A stretch of 30,525 bases of DNA from Gonapodya sp. JEL0774 (Eukaryota), in contig JADIIX010000091.1 in assembly GCA_027604505.1 (NCBI GenBank), forward strand, positions 62,001 through 92,525. Reading direction: 5' to 3'. Positions 1 through 11,088 of the stretch are shown in pieces. Numbering within the stretch: the first letter of the stretch is position 1; every line of letters starts with the position of its first letter. Both the position numbers and the translations under genes were made by a program. The notes under the pieces were generated by a model. It was not told where the DNA came from. It saw only the letters and a program-made list of their open reading frames with translations, and ran no database searches.

Positions 1-2
1 GT

Positions 3-3000
3 GATCCACAAACGCCAGCTGAGTATCTAGATTTGTATCGTTGCTCAGATCCAGCTTCTCGTACGGCCAAACAGGTAAATTGTCGGTTAACTTAGTTGAA
101 CGCATTTTTATGTTCACTGTAGTTGGATTAAAAGTTCAATAGTGAGGCTCTGAACTTGTTTGAAATGGGCTGATCTGCAGTGACAAACAATGTAGAGAAG
201 CGAGACCAAGTGATTGCTGTCAATGCTAGTGATTAGTTCTGCCACAAGATGAGTACCTTTACTGTTTCCCTAGTCTTCGCTGATCAACATCGATGTGCTG
301 TGGTCCGATGGGGCAGCTATGAAACTAAAATGGTTCAAATTTCTACCCACGCTTGGGAAATTAACATTCCAACCACCGAGTATGATCCCAAAGCATGTAA
401 CAAAAGGCTCATTGCATTCTCCGGTCTGCCACTGATGCGTGTTGTGAGCGATTTTGATGTGTTGGTTTGTGCACATCGACTCCAACAACCCATCAGCGCA
501 CACGGACAATTTTTTTACATGCCATATAAAAGCCGACCCCAAGATTGTTCTCAGAACAGGTCGGGAGCTGAGTGTTCCATGACTTTTGTATTTGACTTTA
601 CTGCCGGCGAACGAATTGCGCGTACCGTGCCGCTCTCACACTCCAATGTGGTACGTACTACAACACAAATGGATCACCCCTTTGACTTTGAGAGTGACAG
701 TGGCACGATATGTGGCGGTGATCGGGAATACAATCTCTGATCATCCGGGTACATGAGTCTCCCGAACCTCGATCATAGTCCAGAACTGCACACTCAGTCC
801 AAACTATCACCAATAAATACATAGTATTGGGAACATTGAGCTCACTCTCAGAAGTGCCCCGGTTGAACACCGGAACAAGTTTAGGAGAATGAAACGAAAG
901 TTTCACCATGTTGCCAGCTGTCAGTCGGTATAACCGAGTTAAAGTTGAGTAACACGATCCTGTCGCCGTTCCTCTTCAAGCGTCTGCTCTTGCACATCCG
1001 CTCCTATCCACCACCTTGATCGGAAATAGTAGAGACACTCGTGTCAAATCCAAAAGTTGTGACGTCGTAATCAACTGGGTCGACGTGCGTAGTTACTTTA
1101 GTTGCTTGTGTTAAAATAAGTGAGGACCTGCGCCAGAGGAGGTTTGCGTTAGCAAAGGCGAAAGCTAGGAAATGGGAGACCTCTCCGCTCGCAGAAGAAT
1201 GTTGATCAATGGGGGAAGTTATCGATAATGTAGAGTTGGGGGGAGAGTGATTGGGGATCCCATCGCCTCCATGTTCGTGACTTTCGAAGCAAAAGTGCTC
1301 TGATCGAGGCCGCAGCTTCATTAAAGAATATGTACTGATCAGTCGACGCTCTGGGAATGCTCCGCATTGCGATCAACCAAGCCCTTACCTCAAGATCATC
1401 CACCGATGATGCTGCGTGGACGGATGGAATCCCGTTCATACTCAGTTGAACGATCTCAGCTGTGCACTGCTCGGAGACGGAGTAACCATCAAGGCAGTAC
1501 GCAGTTGAAGGAAAGTCTGAGCTTTTAGGTAACGGTCCAGTGAGGTAGGCGATTCTTCAAGCTGGGAAACATTTGCGATCAACTGGGTGAAGCGCTGAGA
1601 GTCAGTCAAGCACCCACCATTCTCTGTTCCATCACGGTCAAGCCTTTATCAATACCCCAATCATCATTGCGAAGATGAGTGGGATGTCCATGTGTGGCGA
1701 TCAGTCTCGATGAGGTAAGTATTGAAGCCCAGTTCAGACATTCACAGGGGAGATGGAGGTACAGGCAGTGGAAGATAGAATTAATTCCCAATATTCACTA
1801 CATTTGATGTGATTGAGTCTCCATCGTCTGCTCGAGCCTTGGACAACGATCTTGTCATTGGTGGAAGGATGATGTCACCTTTGCAGCCGCTTGGTTTGTC
1901 GGCACTGAGTCTCAACGAGTAGGGAAATACGCTTCTCAGAGAGTGACTAAACTGGTTCGAGCTAGCTCCGGGGAAAGTCTACTTCTGCGGTCGGTTTTCA
2001 ATGGGCAGAGGACCTCCAAAGTCTCCGGTGCAGTATACAACAGGTTCTGAGGGTTTCTTAGAAGGTTAGAAGGGAATCCAAGTTCGTCATGCAAGGATAG
2101 GACGAAGTGCGGAAGAAATGAAAGGCAACCGCAGAGTGAACCGTTGGGTGGCACAGATGAAGTTGCACGCCAGCACTGATGGCGGAAACAGGCGGACTTC
2201 TGTCACATAACAATTTCTGGTAGTATGGCGAATGATCCAACACGTAGCCTACTGAATATATTCATGACTGTACATTATCGTCGAGCTAAAAGAATATTGT
2301 TAACGGGTTAACTCCTCCCTTTTCACTACACAGTTGAACCATCACCTTGATCAAATAAACGAGGTCATTTTGCTAATACCGAACATCAAACAAACTTATT
2401 CAAACTCATCTTCTCATTTTACAGAACCCAGGGCAGGATCCAACTCTCATTTGGAGACGAACAGTCAATCCTCTCACATGAAGTCTCTAGAACTCGGCGC
2501 GCAAGCACCGATCAACAGACTTTCAAGACAAAAGAAAACTGAGGCTAAGTTGCAAAGTGAGAGCGAACCGATTGTGAGTTGAGGATAACAACCACCACTG
2601 TGGGCGGCTGGAAAGTAGGTTCCATTGAGAGAAGAGGGGTTGATTGACAAAAACGAATCGCACAACCTTCCACTCACAAGCACTCTTAGATGCAACTGAA
2701 AGTGAATGGACTCGGGGGTTCGAAAGAGGTTGGGAGGACCCCGGGGATACGCACAAAGATGCTAGGAGCAAAGATATCCCGGAAAGTACAAGTTATTGAG
2801 CTTATCTGAAAGCATGAGAGTCTGAAGGCAAAGCAGCTCCGATGACCTGGCTCTCAACTTCAAGTTTGATTTCCAGAATTGTTTCTCGACCAAGAGCAGA
2901 ATGCACATCCAGCACGATCGTTTCAAAGCACACGGGATCCTTCCTCCGAAGTTTTTGATACGGCATTGGGAAAGCATGTCGAAGAGAATCCCCAGGGTTG

Positions 3001-4780
3001 ATTCGAATGTCCTGTTGCGAGGTGGCGTCGATTTGAAAGCGCAGTTTCCCCCGTGTTTGATGTGCCGTTGCGGGTCGTCGAAACAAGGCAATTGTCTGCT
3101 GAAGCCTCTACAGGCGGAATGTACTAGCCTGTGCGATAAATGGGATTTTCAAGCACTCAGCACTTATGCTTGATTTCTCAGTGGTGAGACATGTCTCGCG
3201 TGTGCGAATTTGATGGGTCTGCAGAGTTCAATTGATGTGTTCATGGGGGATGTATGTGCGTGGATAGGTCTCTTTCGTTGCGATAAGCTGACAATGGTCG
3301 CGGGGAGAGCTGAGAGGAAGAAAAGAGGTCCCAGAAGTTCCCTTCATCTCCGAAAGCCGAATAAACGGGATCTGAGTAATCAGAAAATTCAATTTCTAAC
3401 TTGTATCAAGACTGACCCACATGAAGATGAAACGAGAGTGATGGAATTCTTTGAGCGAAACGGGAAGAGTTAAATTTGTCTCGTTCTTCCTCGGCAGACA
3501 CACGAAATTGGGTTATCGATACCCTGATACAACCAATCTCGGGTTCGAAACTGGGCCCTGTGGAAACCTGCAGGTTGGAAGGGAGTTGAGAATGAGATGG
3601 CAGAACTAAGTCGCCCAAATAATTTGAACCTCCCGGATCTCTCATAAGCCATAGCTGCATTCCGTGTGCAGTATATTAGATTGTGATTGTCATGTGGAAG
3701 CTTTGCCATTTTTGGTATTCAGTGTGGGGATCCTTTTTAGGCACCTCTCAACATTCCACTCCCCTCACTGAGAGACTTCCGAACCACGGCCGACAAAATC
3801 ATCGGACGGATGGAATTATGTTTCAAGAAATCTCATCGACCGACTCCCTCTAATGAGTTCACGAGCAGGTTACGTTGCTGTACCCCCCACCATTAAAGCA
3901 CTCCACCAGAGAGATTCTCGAGAGGCCAAGCGGGTGAGATTAAAACTATTGGTTGTTCAACTAGCGTGCGGTCATTAGTCACATCTCGACCTCTTCCCGT
4001 TACTGTCTTCGGAACATTGCAATGGTTGCTAGTGACACAGAGTTAGACTACACCACATCTGAGAGCGGATAAGATCGTCCTCAGGGTGGTTCGACTGAAG
4101 TAACCGTTGAAGCAAAGAGATTCTCGATTGCTGGAAGCATCGCCCAGGAGCGAGGTGATGGAAAGCAGGTGACATTACCCGACCCGCTGGAAATGGTCCT
4201 GATTCTCCTTTGTCCTGACTTTCCTCGTAAGAGAACGATGGCGATGCAGTCCCAAACAATGAAAAGTGGTGCCTCCTTGTTAGACCAGACGCTTCCTCTC
4301 AGTTCGGGGCCTCCGACAAACAATGACGTGGTGCAGTTCCAAGCCAACCACGAGCTCCGGTTGTACTTCCGGGAACCAGTTGACCGGCTTCCTGCCCTCA
4401 GCAAAACATTTGAGAGCATACGCCAGTATGACTGCCGCTAGCTGCTTGGAGTGAACAATCGCCATTCCTTGATGACGAGTACCCGCAATTCCAACACAAT
4501 GAGAGCACAAGAAAGTTGCCTTCGCGTAGCGACCAACGTTGAATGAAACTCGGCGGGAGGCCGAAGATTTGAGGATATTAGTGCCATTCTCCGCCTCGAA
4601 TTGGTGGAGTTTTCGGATTCTTGGGGACCTGTGGGTTGGCAATTGTTCTCCATGTTCTCATAATCTTCTTCGTTCATCCGCAGACATTCTCACCACTTCT
4701 ACAAAATAATTGAGAATTGGTGTGTGAATGGAAATTAAGAATAGGAGTCCATCGCAAATACAGTCAAGTGCTCATTATAG
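3..4780 (+). pseudogene. Decayed multi-exon coding sequence(s) of unknown family; may be the 5' part of the OTU gene
   Basis: A phase-0 intron at 75-122 (CAG|GTAAAT...TGTAG) joins DPQTPAEYLDLYRC... to the frame of ORF 249-740, which has upstream stops TAA129, TGA171, TAG234. Other protein-like + frames run ~927-1496, ~1562-2310, ~2826-3740 (ORFs 2901-3173 and 3210-3473 share a frame, separated by TGA3171) and ~4073-4780. Strand and exon structure are uncertain, and no family was recognised. Confidence 0.4.
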
Positions 4781-4913
4781 GTATAAGTTGATGCGTTGAT
4801 GCTCGACTTCGCTTTTTAGGGATGATCAGGACTAATACTCGGCAGTCCCTAGAGCAGTGTAGAACAACTACTTGTCTGTCGATCGCACGATCTTGCTACT
4901 TCTGCAACCGTTA

Positions 4914-6335
4914 ATGCCAATGAATTGCCTCTCCATCTTCCATCGTCGATCTCTCAACGATGAGGGAACTGCCAACTACAGCAAGGAGAATCCAAAAAGG
5001 ATCTCGCAAATGAGACTTCGAAATAATCAAGTTGATGGCTCTGAGGGTATCGGCCGCCGGATTCTACACTGGGCCGGTCGATTACGGGGGTCAAGAACTG
5101 TACTTCGAAATGGAGATCTTAGGCCGGAAGCCGAAGCAGATCGGTCAGAATTGCTCCAACAAAGATCCGAAGCAGTGGCCACTGCTTCGTTCGCATCGGA
5201 TGCTTTTGGTGAACATCTCCTTAATCGTGAGTGCTTGGAATTGCTGCAGAGCGTCAGTTGAACGGGATTACATTGTTTGGACATTCGTTTCTATTCTCAC
5301 AGCACCTACTGCAGAGACCCCCTCGCAGCCCAGCCCCTGGACCAATGCAGGCACAGTTACTCACGATGTTTCACAGTTGCTTATGTGTTGTAAGTCATCA
5401 AGCGGTACAGCGAGGTCAATCTTGCTCCTGATGCGACGATACGCAAATCTTCCAGACGACTCTAATGAAGCCAGTTCTGCCACGCTCTTGTTAGAGCGCA
5501 TGCTCTCTGTTCAGATCGCATCGCAATCGGAGGTTATACCACCATCGCCACAACCCTGCCTTCCGCTGACTCAAATCCCAAGCACACTCACAAGCTCCCC
5601 ACTGTACAATGAAAGTGACTCACCTTCAAACGCGACACTTGTACAGGACAATTTCCACCCGGAACCACTTACCCCGGAATCTGTTTTTGTCGAAGTCCCC
5701 GAGTCCGATCCACTGTTCGCACTATCGGTTGCTATTGTAGGCGAAAAGAAAGCCTTCGTTGATTGTGGCGGAGAAGGGGACTGCTTGTTCCGCTCTGTAG
5801 CTTTTGCTCTTTGGGGTGATCCTGATCGACACCTGGAAGTGCGTAAGCTCTTAGTGCAATTTGTGGACACCCACAGAGGTCAAAGCGCTGTTGGTGTTCA
5901 AGCGATGATGGATGAGTGGAGGTCTGAGAGGTGGGCAGTTTCACGCCTCATAGAGCGTGTCGGCTGGCGAGTATTGGGACGAAGGCAATCGGACTTCGAG
6001 TTGTACATCGTGAGGATGGCCAGAAAGGGCGAGTATGCCGACGCTGTTATGGTATCAGTAAGTTTCATAGTTGAAGAAATCTAGAGCGGTTGGATTAACA
6101 GTTTTCTTATTCCTAGAGCATTCCAGAATGCTTTGGAGTGGAACTGATTGTCCATCACGGTTTCCGACATGCCGGGGGTCCTTCAACGTATTCCAAGACT
6201 GATTCCCAAGCGTCGTGCACCCCCGAATGCATCGGCAGCGAGGATCGGAAAGCCCGAATAGAAATCGCTTGGATTCAGGGGCAGAGATCCCACGAGGACC
6301 ACTATGTGGCTGTCGTGCCTCATCATGTTGGTTGA
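4914..6335 (+). CDS. OTU-family cysteine protease (deubiquitinase-like) domain protein; 5' end uncertain or possibly decayed
   Basis: Motifs FVDCGGEGDCLFRSVAFALWGDPDRHLEVRK (Cys codon 5782) and YIVRMARKGEYAD. Intron 6058-6116 (GTAAGT...CCTAG, phase 0) joins SIPECFGVELIVH...IEIAW...EDHYVAVVP (His codon 6300), stop 6333-6335. A possible upstream intron 5227-5302 joins the 4872 frame (ATG 4914). Confidence 0.8.
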
Positions 6336-8429
6336 AAGCATACTCGAAGTGTATCAGAAGAGAGGAATATTTTAATCAGTGAATAGCAAGCTTCGTCGAT
6401 CCAGAAAGTTCTTGATTGTGTCAAATTTGTGAGGGTTCCATCTCGCAGAACTGAACACAGTGAATCCGCGGTACTGGCTTTGTTTCCCTCACCTAGCAGA
6501 ACCTTGCTAATCGTATGGAGTAGGTCTTGGAGATTTCTCAGTCCTCAACACACCCAGAAGAACCAGCGAGAACTTACTGTTACGCTTCTTCCAATATTGG
6601 GTGCTATTTTGAAAGGCCGCGTCCTCAAAATTTGAAATACAAATAAAGATGTGCCATGAGACTGATAGAGACAAACACAGAGCAACGAGTGCATAGGGCC
6701 GGGCCGCCCGCGATTCCAGTGAACCACAAAAATTGAGTACTCGCCTTCTCGCAGGAGAATCAGCATTCATAGAGCGTCCGAGCCAAAATCGCCAGACAAG
6801 GTTCGAACGCCGCGCTGTGGAATCACACCCTGATACTACCGCTTGTTTCTTTGTACTCGTCAAACCGGTCCACCCATATGGACTTACGTTGCTGAAATTG
6901 ATTGAGCGTCTCGCGAGACTCAAGGTGAATCTCGGGCTTAATTGTTGAAAGTCGACTGACGGGGTTGAGCCAGAACCAGGTTCTCGTAAATTTTCTCAGA
7001 GTGATAGAGAACATGAACCATATGAAAAAAATTTGCCAGCCCATTCGGCAACCTCCGCTAGGGTGGGTTATCACTCCGCTGATAAAACCAATCGCGCGAG
7101 CCTGTTCTGTCTGCCTTGTTGGTGCATTCCTAGCTTCTGAGGCCAGATGAGGTGCAGCGAAGGGTTCAGCGAACGAGGGGATATTAGACAGCAGCTGGAG
7201 ATTGTCTTCAAAGCCTTTCCGAAGTATTCCTCGCCAACCACAATATCTAGCCTGCAAATTGGCTGTACAAGTACTCACCAGTGGGTTTGAGTTCGACATT
7301 TCGGTGTCTGCATGCACTGCAACACCCAACCGCTCTGTGCTCGAAAGCATCGTCGGTGGCAATCACACCATATTCTTCGTCTAGGCGAGGTATTTAGAGG
7401 GATGTCGATGAGAAATATTGACGTCTTGTCCGGACAAGCGACAATTACAATGATTGGAGGTTGTTTTCCAAAGCACATCCGATTAAAAATTCGCTGAATC
7501 AAAACAACACGTAAGTAAGTTTTACCCAGTGATTGTTGCGATGGGCTGTAATGGCACTTGCCAAACGAACGTGGGGTCGAAACCCATGGATGGTACAGGC
7601 GAATCAGTTACGAAGGTTTTGTTCTTGGGGAAGGACCATCGTACTTCAATCGGCATCAGGCTCTCCTTGAAAAAATTTCTTAGCGAATATGGCAATTGGA
7701 GAGGTCATGAAGACTGGCAACAACCATTGATATGAAGATGCAATGTGGCATCCAAAGATTACTCTCCTCTCCCAATGACAGTAAGAGTATTGTAGCACAA
7801 ATCCAGTCCACTAATGTGTAGTGCTAGCCGGGCAGTGGTGATGAGTCCTTTCGGTTACTTGGCTCAGTAGAGCAATGACGTGGTGCGTTCCAGATTCCGT
7901 CATCAGGTGTCGAATCAACATTCCCGGCTTTTAGCTGAGATGTCTTCAATCCACAATACCCGTCTGAGTATGTGCTACACTCGCGTGTAGATAAGGAGTC
8001 GCTCGAAGAGCGTAAGTACCGTGATTTCAAAGACATCTTGGTGCATGGGGGAAGGACGGATATTTACAGACCTCCAACCTGAATTGAAGAACTTAACTTG
8101 CTATCTCCCCACTTGGCGCTTCCAGTCATTTCACATTCGCCCATCGTGTCGCTTGTGGATGGACTGGCAGCGCACCTGTCGCAAGATTCCTTCGGCAACC
8201 TTTCAGATTTTCTCGTCCTTGAGCTTGCGGCGTCCACGCGCAATTTGAGGTGAGTCAAAAGTATTCCTTCATCATGAACGCTGGCCGGCAACGCCCGTCG
8301 CAAGCCCTTACACATATGCAATATTCCAATCTTCTGTTCAAAATCTGCTTTGGACTTGGTGGCGAACGTTCTGGCGTCGAGAAATACGCTGAAGATAATA
8401 GCAATGTATGAAAGTTTGACAGATCGCAC
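6323..8429 (-). pseudogene. Multi-exon hypothetical gene; 3' exons open, 5' part interrupted by stops
   Basis: Phase-consistent GTAAGT-AG introns at 6815-6887 and 6526-6577 join ORF 6823-7362, ORF 6507-6923 and a last exon (NLLHTISKVLLGEG...CFQPT*, stop 6323-6325). Upstream ORFs 8064-8429 and 7824-8036 share one frame broken by TAA/TAG. No family recognised, and the link between the two parts is unproven. Confidence 0.45.
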
Positions 8430-8872
8430 CAGTAGGAATCGTAGTAAATACCTTGAGGAAGTGCTCGGCTTTTAGTGTGCTATTATTGTCTAATTTGTTG
8501 TGTTTCATGCTACAAGCGTGTGGGTCATGTTGCCATGCGTGTGCCTGCCTTCCCCTTGATCATCATTCGCCAACACTACACTGACAACGAATCAAGTCCA
8601 GTCATGAAGTCTTCCTCGATGTCCCCAGCCATTATCTCAAGCTCACCTGATACAGCTTTCAATCTGGGCTGCTGGGACCTTGATCGTCACCGCAAGATCC
8701 GAACCCACTCAAGGATACCCGGAGAACCCAACCTTTCTAAACGCAATGCAGACTGTTGCTTCCGGATGACGATTAAAGCTCAGATCAGCGAGCGTTTGGA
8801 ATCCGGGAGTGTGAGTTTCATGGTTTATTTATAGCTCTTCATGAATACTCAATCCTCTCACTCCCACCAAAG

Positions 8873-10601
8873 ATGCTCCTTGAATCCGGAGTGTTATCGC
8901 AGTGTCTCGCCCCGCCAATGGAAGGAGACTCCTCGTCGACTCTCGTGGCTCAAATGTCGTCCGATCTGGCGAAACCTGAGCATGAGGTGAACAGCATTCA
9001 ATGACAATTATGCCACCAATCATCCATACCGATAAACTTTGTCACTATATTGAAGCTTAACGTCACTGCACTATCTCATGTGAACGTCCTTGACGTGAGA
9101 CCGAAACCGCGGTGTGGTGGTACAAGACTCAGTACATCAGCCCAAGCCTTCCACCCCGTTCAACCACAACCGGCATCGATCAAGGCTGGATTCGTGGGAA
9201 ACGAAGCTCGCCACAATCAAGCTCAAGGGAGCCTATTCCGCGTTCAAATAGCCACGCCAAGCAGGTTGAATCCGTTTGCAATAGAGTTTGTTCCGACCTT
9301 CACAACCCAAAACACGATCCAGGGAGCGTATTGGTGAGATTTCTCCTGAATTGAACTAAAAACTGGGTGCTTTATTCCTGATGCTCCATTGGCGTCATTT
9401 CTTTGAGTCCTGTGATTTCTCCATTCACTCCTTCACCTCGTCAACGTCCCCTCAATCCTCTGGCACCTGAATTCAAACCCTCTTCTATACATTGTCCGAC
9501 TACTTTCGAGGGCTCCAATGGATTGCCATCTCCTGTGCAAGGCCGATCAAGACAACATTTAAAACATTTAAATCCGTTGGCTTTGGAGGTTGTTCCTGGC
9601 ACTAAAAAAGTCTCAACACTCTCAAAACTTCTACTGCAAAGGAATTCACCTCAAGTAACCCCGGTCCGATCAATGAAGCGATTCCAACTGATCTTACTTC
9701 GCTGGATTCAAACGCTCGCACCGAATTAAATAGTCCCGACACAAGATTTACTGCTCCCATCAACACGTCAAAGAGGTGTTGGGAGAAATCGGTCGACGAA
9801 CTCGGTTTCGTTCAGGTAGTGCCCGATGGCTCTACAGCCACTCTAAACGTAACAAATTCCCGCCTTCATCGAGGCGACCAGGACTCTCATCAGCCACTCC
9901 CGACTTGTGTGAGATTCGGAAGTACTAGTGAGTCGGATCATCTCGCTCAATCCTCGAATGAACTTCCCCTGGACATGGATCATCCATGTCGGAACATGCA
10001 AACGGACCAAATAATGATATTTTTCGGGACCATTGGAGTGAGCTATCAGTCGAAAAATTTTGACTCTTTCAAGGCATTCTCGATTGGATACGACCATCCG
10101 CCTTCCACACCTGAGGCTGAGAAGAGCGATCCAACACCCTTGCGTAAGTTACTGTACAGCTCTACCACGTTCTCCTCGCAATCAGACATATAAAATGTTT
10201 CCTAAGCTGCTGTAGAATCTGAATTGATCTCTCTTGACGACTCTCAGGGACCAGTAGAGGGAGAAACCGAAGAGCAGAGGCTCACATTCCGATTCTTGAA
10301 GTCAGCCGCTGAATCGTGTTCAAGCTTCAACTGGGCCGACGAACCTGAGCCCGAGGATCTTGGTTCTAGTTCTACGGAGCCCGGAAAGTGTGCGATCGAA
10401 CCCTATATATTTATGAGTCCGACGATATCCATTCGTTCCTCGAGCTCTCCCACCCGCAAACGCACAGTAGTGGCCGTTAAAGAGCCAACTCGCCAATACA
10501 ACGAAGAATTTTTTGAAGGGGGAACGACAAACTACTGGAGGTGGAGTTCTCGTCGGGAGAAGGTGTTTAAGACCAGAAATCCGAAGCGTCAAGGTGTTTG
10601 A
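8873..10601 (+). pseudogene. Relic of a low-complexity protein with multiple PAM2 (PABP-binding) motifs and a C-terminal WADE motif
   Basis: SRLNPFAIEFVP (9260-9295), RPLNPLAPEFKP (9445-9480), KHLNPLALEVVP (9562-9597), TRLSTSAQAFHP (9122-9157). Lesions: TGA9002, a frame break at ~9335-9400, a frameshift at the A6 run 9604-9609, and in-frame TAA10191 and TAA10203 in an otherwise open frame 9609-10601. True start unknown (possibly ~8536). Confidence 0.7.
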
Positions 10602-11088
10602 GAAGTAGGAAAGAGCAGGGTGCTACCAGTGGATGCAAGTATTTATTTAGTCATTCGAATCGTGCTTGTAGAACGTTAGATAAAAGGATGAGAGGAGTAC
10701 AAAAGAGTTCCACACTACTGTATTGCATAAACCGTCAGCACTTCGAGAAACGAGGGTTGACCTGCAGTCACATAGAAGAATGACAAACTCGATATCCATT
10801 TAGTAGGGCTGTGTGTGGTTGTGCGCTCGGATTTTCTCATGATCGATAGGGTTTTGGTGGTGGGACGAGAATGGAGGCATGGACGGTACACGACACCAAA
10901 CGGGCCAGTATTTCTTCAAGCGACGGAGATGATGGAGATCTGAGATGTGTTTATGTGGGGACATAGATACAATCATCATGTCCAAAAATATGACCTTACC
11001 CAATGGGATCCAATATGGCCCCACGTCCAAACAATGATAAGAACGTCTTGTCCACCTTTTCGTCTCATCCCAGGATCACACTTAAGTC

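Noticed and set aside
3045..3140. Cys cluster CLMCRC...C...C...C as a Zn2Cys6 or KDZ-associated CxC domain
   Set aside because: Spacing does not fit Zn(II)2Cys6 and no transposase catalytic motifs are visible nearby; it needs a profile search.
2474..3660. Alternative - strand pseudogene model (ORFs 3406-3660, 2802-3086, 2523-2771)
   Set aside because: It overlaps the + strand frame, which has fewer stops over 2826-3473 and reads as more protein-like. It cannot be fully excluded.
4280..4642. Possible His-Me/HNH endonuclease-like motif (GLELHHV..C) in a - strand ORF
   Set aside because: Lacks the following C-x-N-P-x-H pattern and overlaps an equally or more plausible + strand frame.
5014..5200. 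Chromodomain-like look of DFEIIKLMALRV...ELYFEMEILG
   Set aside because: The aromatic cage and W-x-G / TWE motifs are absent, and it is unclear which frame is coding here.
9553..9571. Short tandem duplications (AACATTTAA x2; also ATTGCGAGT x2 at ~16561)
   Set aside because: Only two units each; not an array, CRISPR or element terminus.
1..10601. Stop-codon reassignment (TAA/TAG=Gln or TGA=Trp/Arg) as the explanation for in-frame stops
   Set aside because: All three stop types occur internally together with frameshifts, and neighbouring intact genes terminate normally with TAA, TAG and TGA. Decay is more parsimonious.
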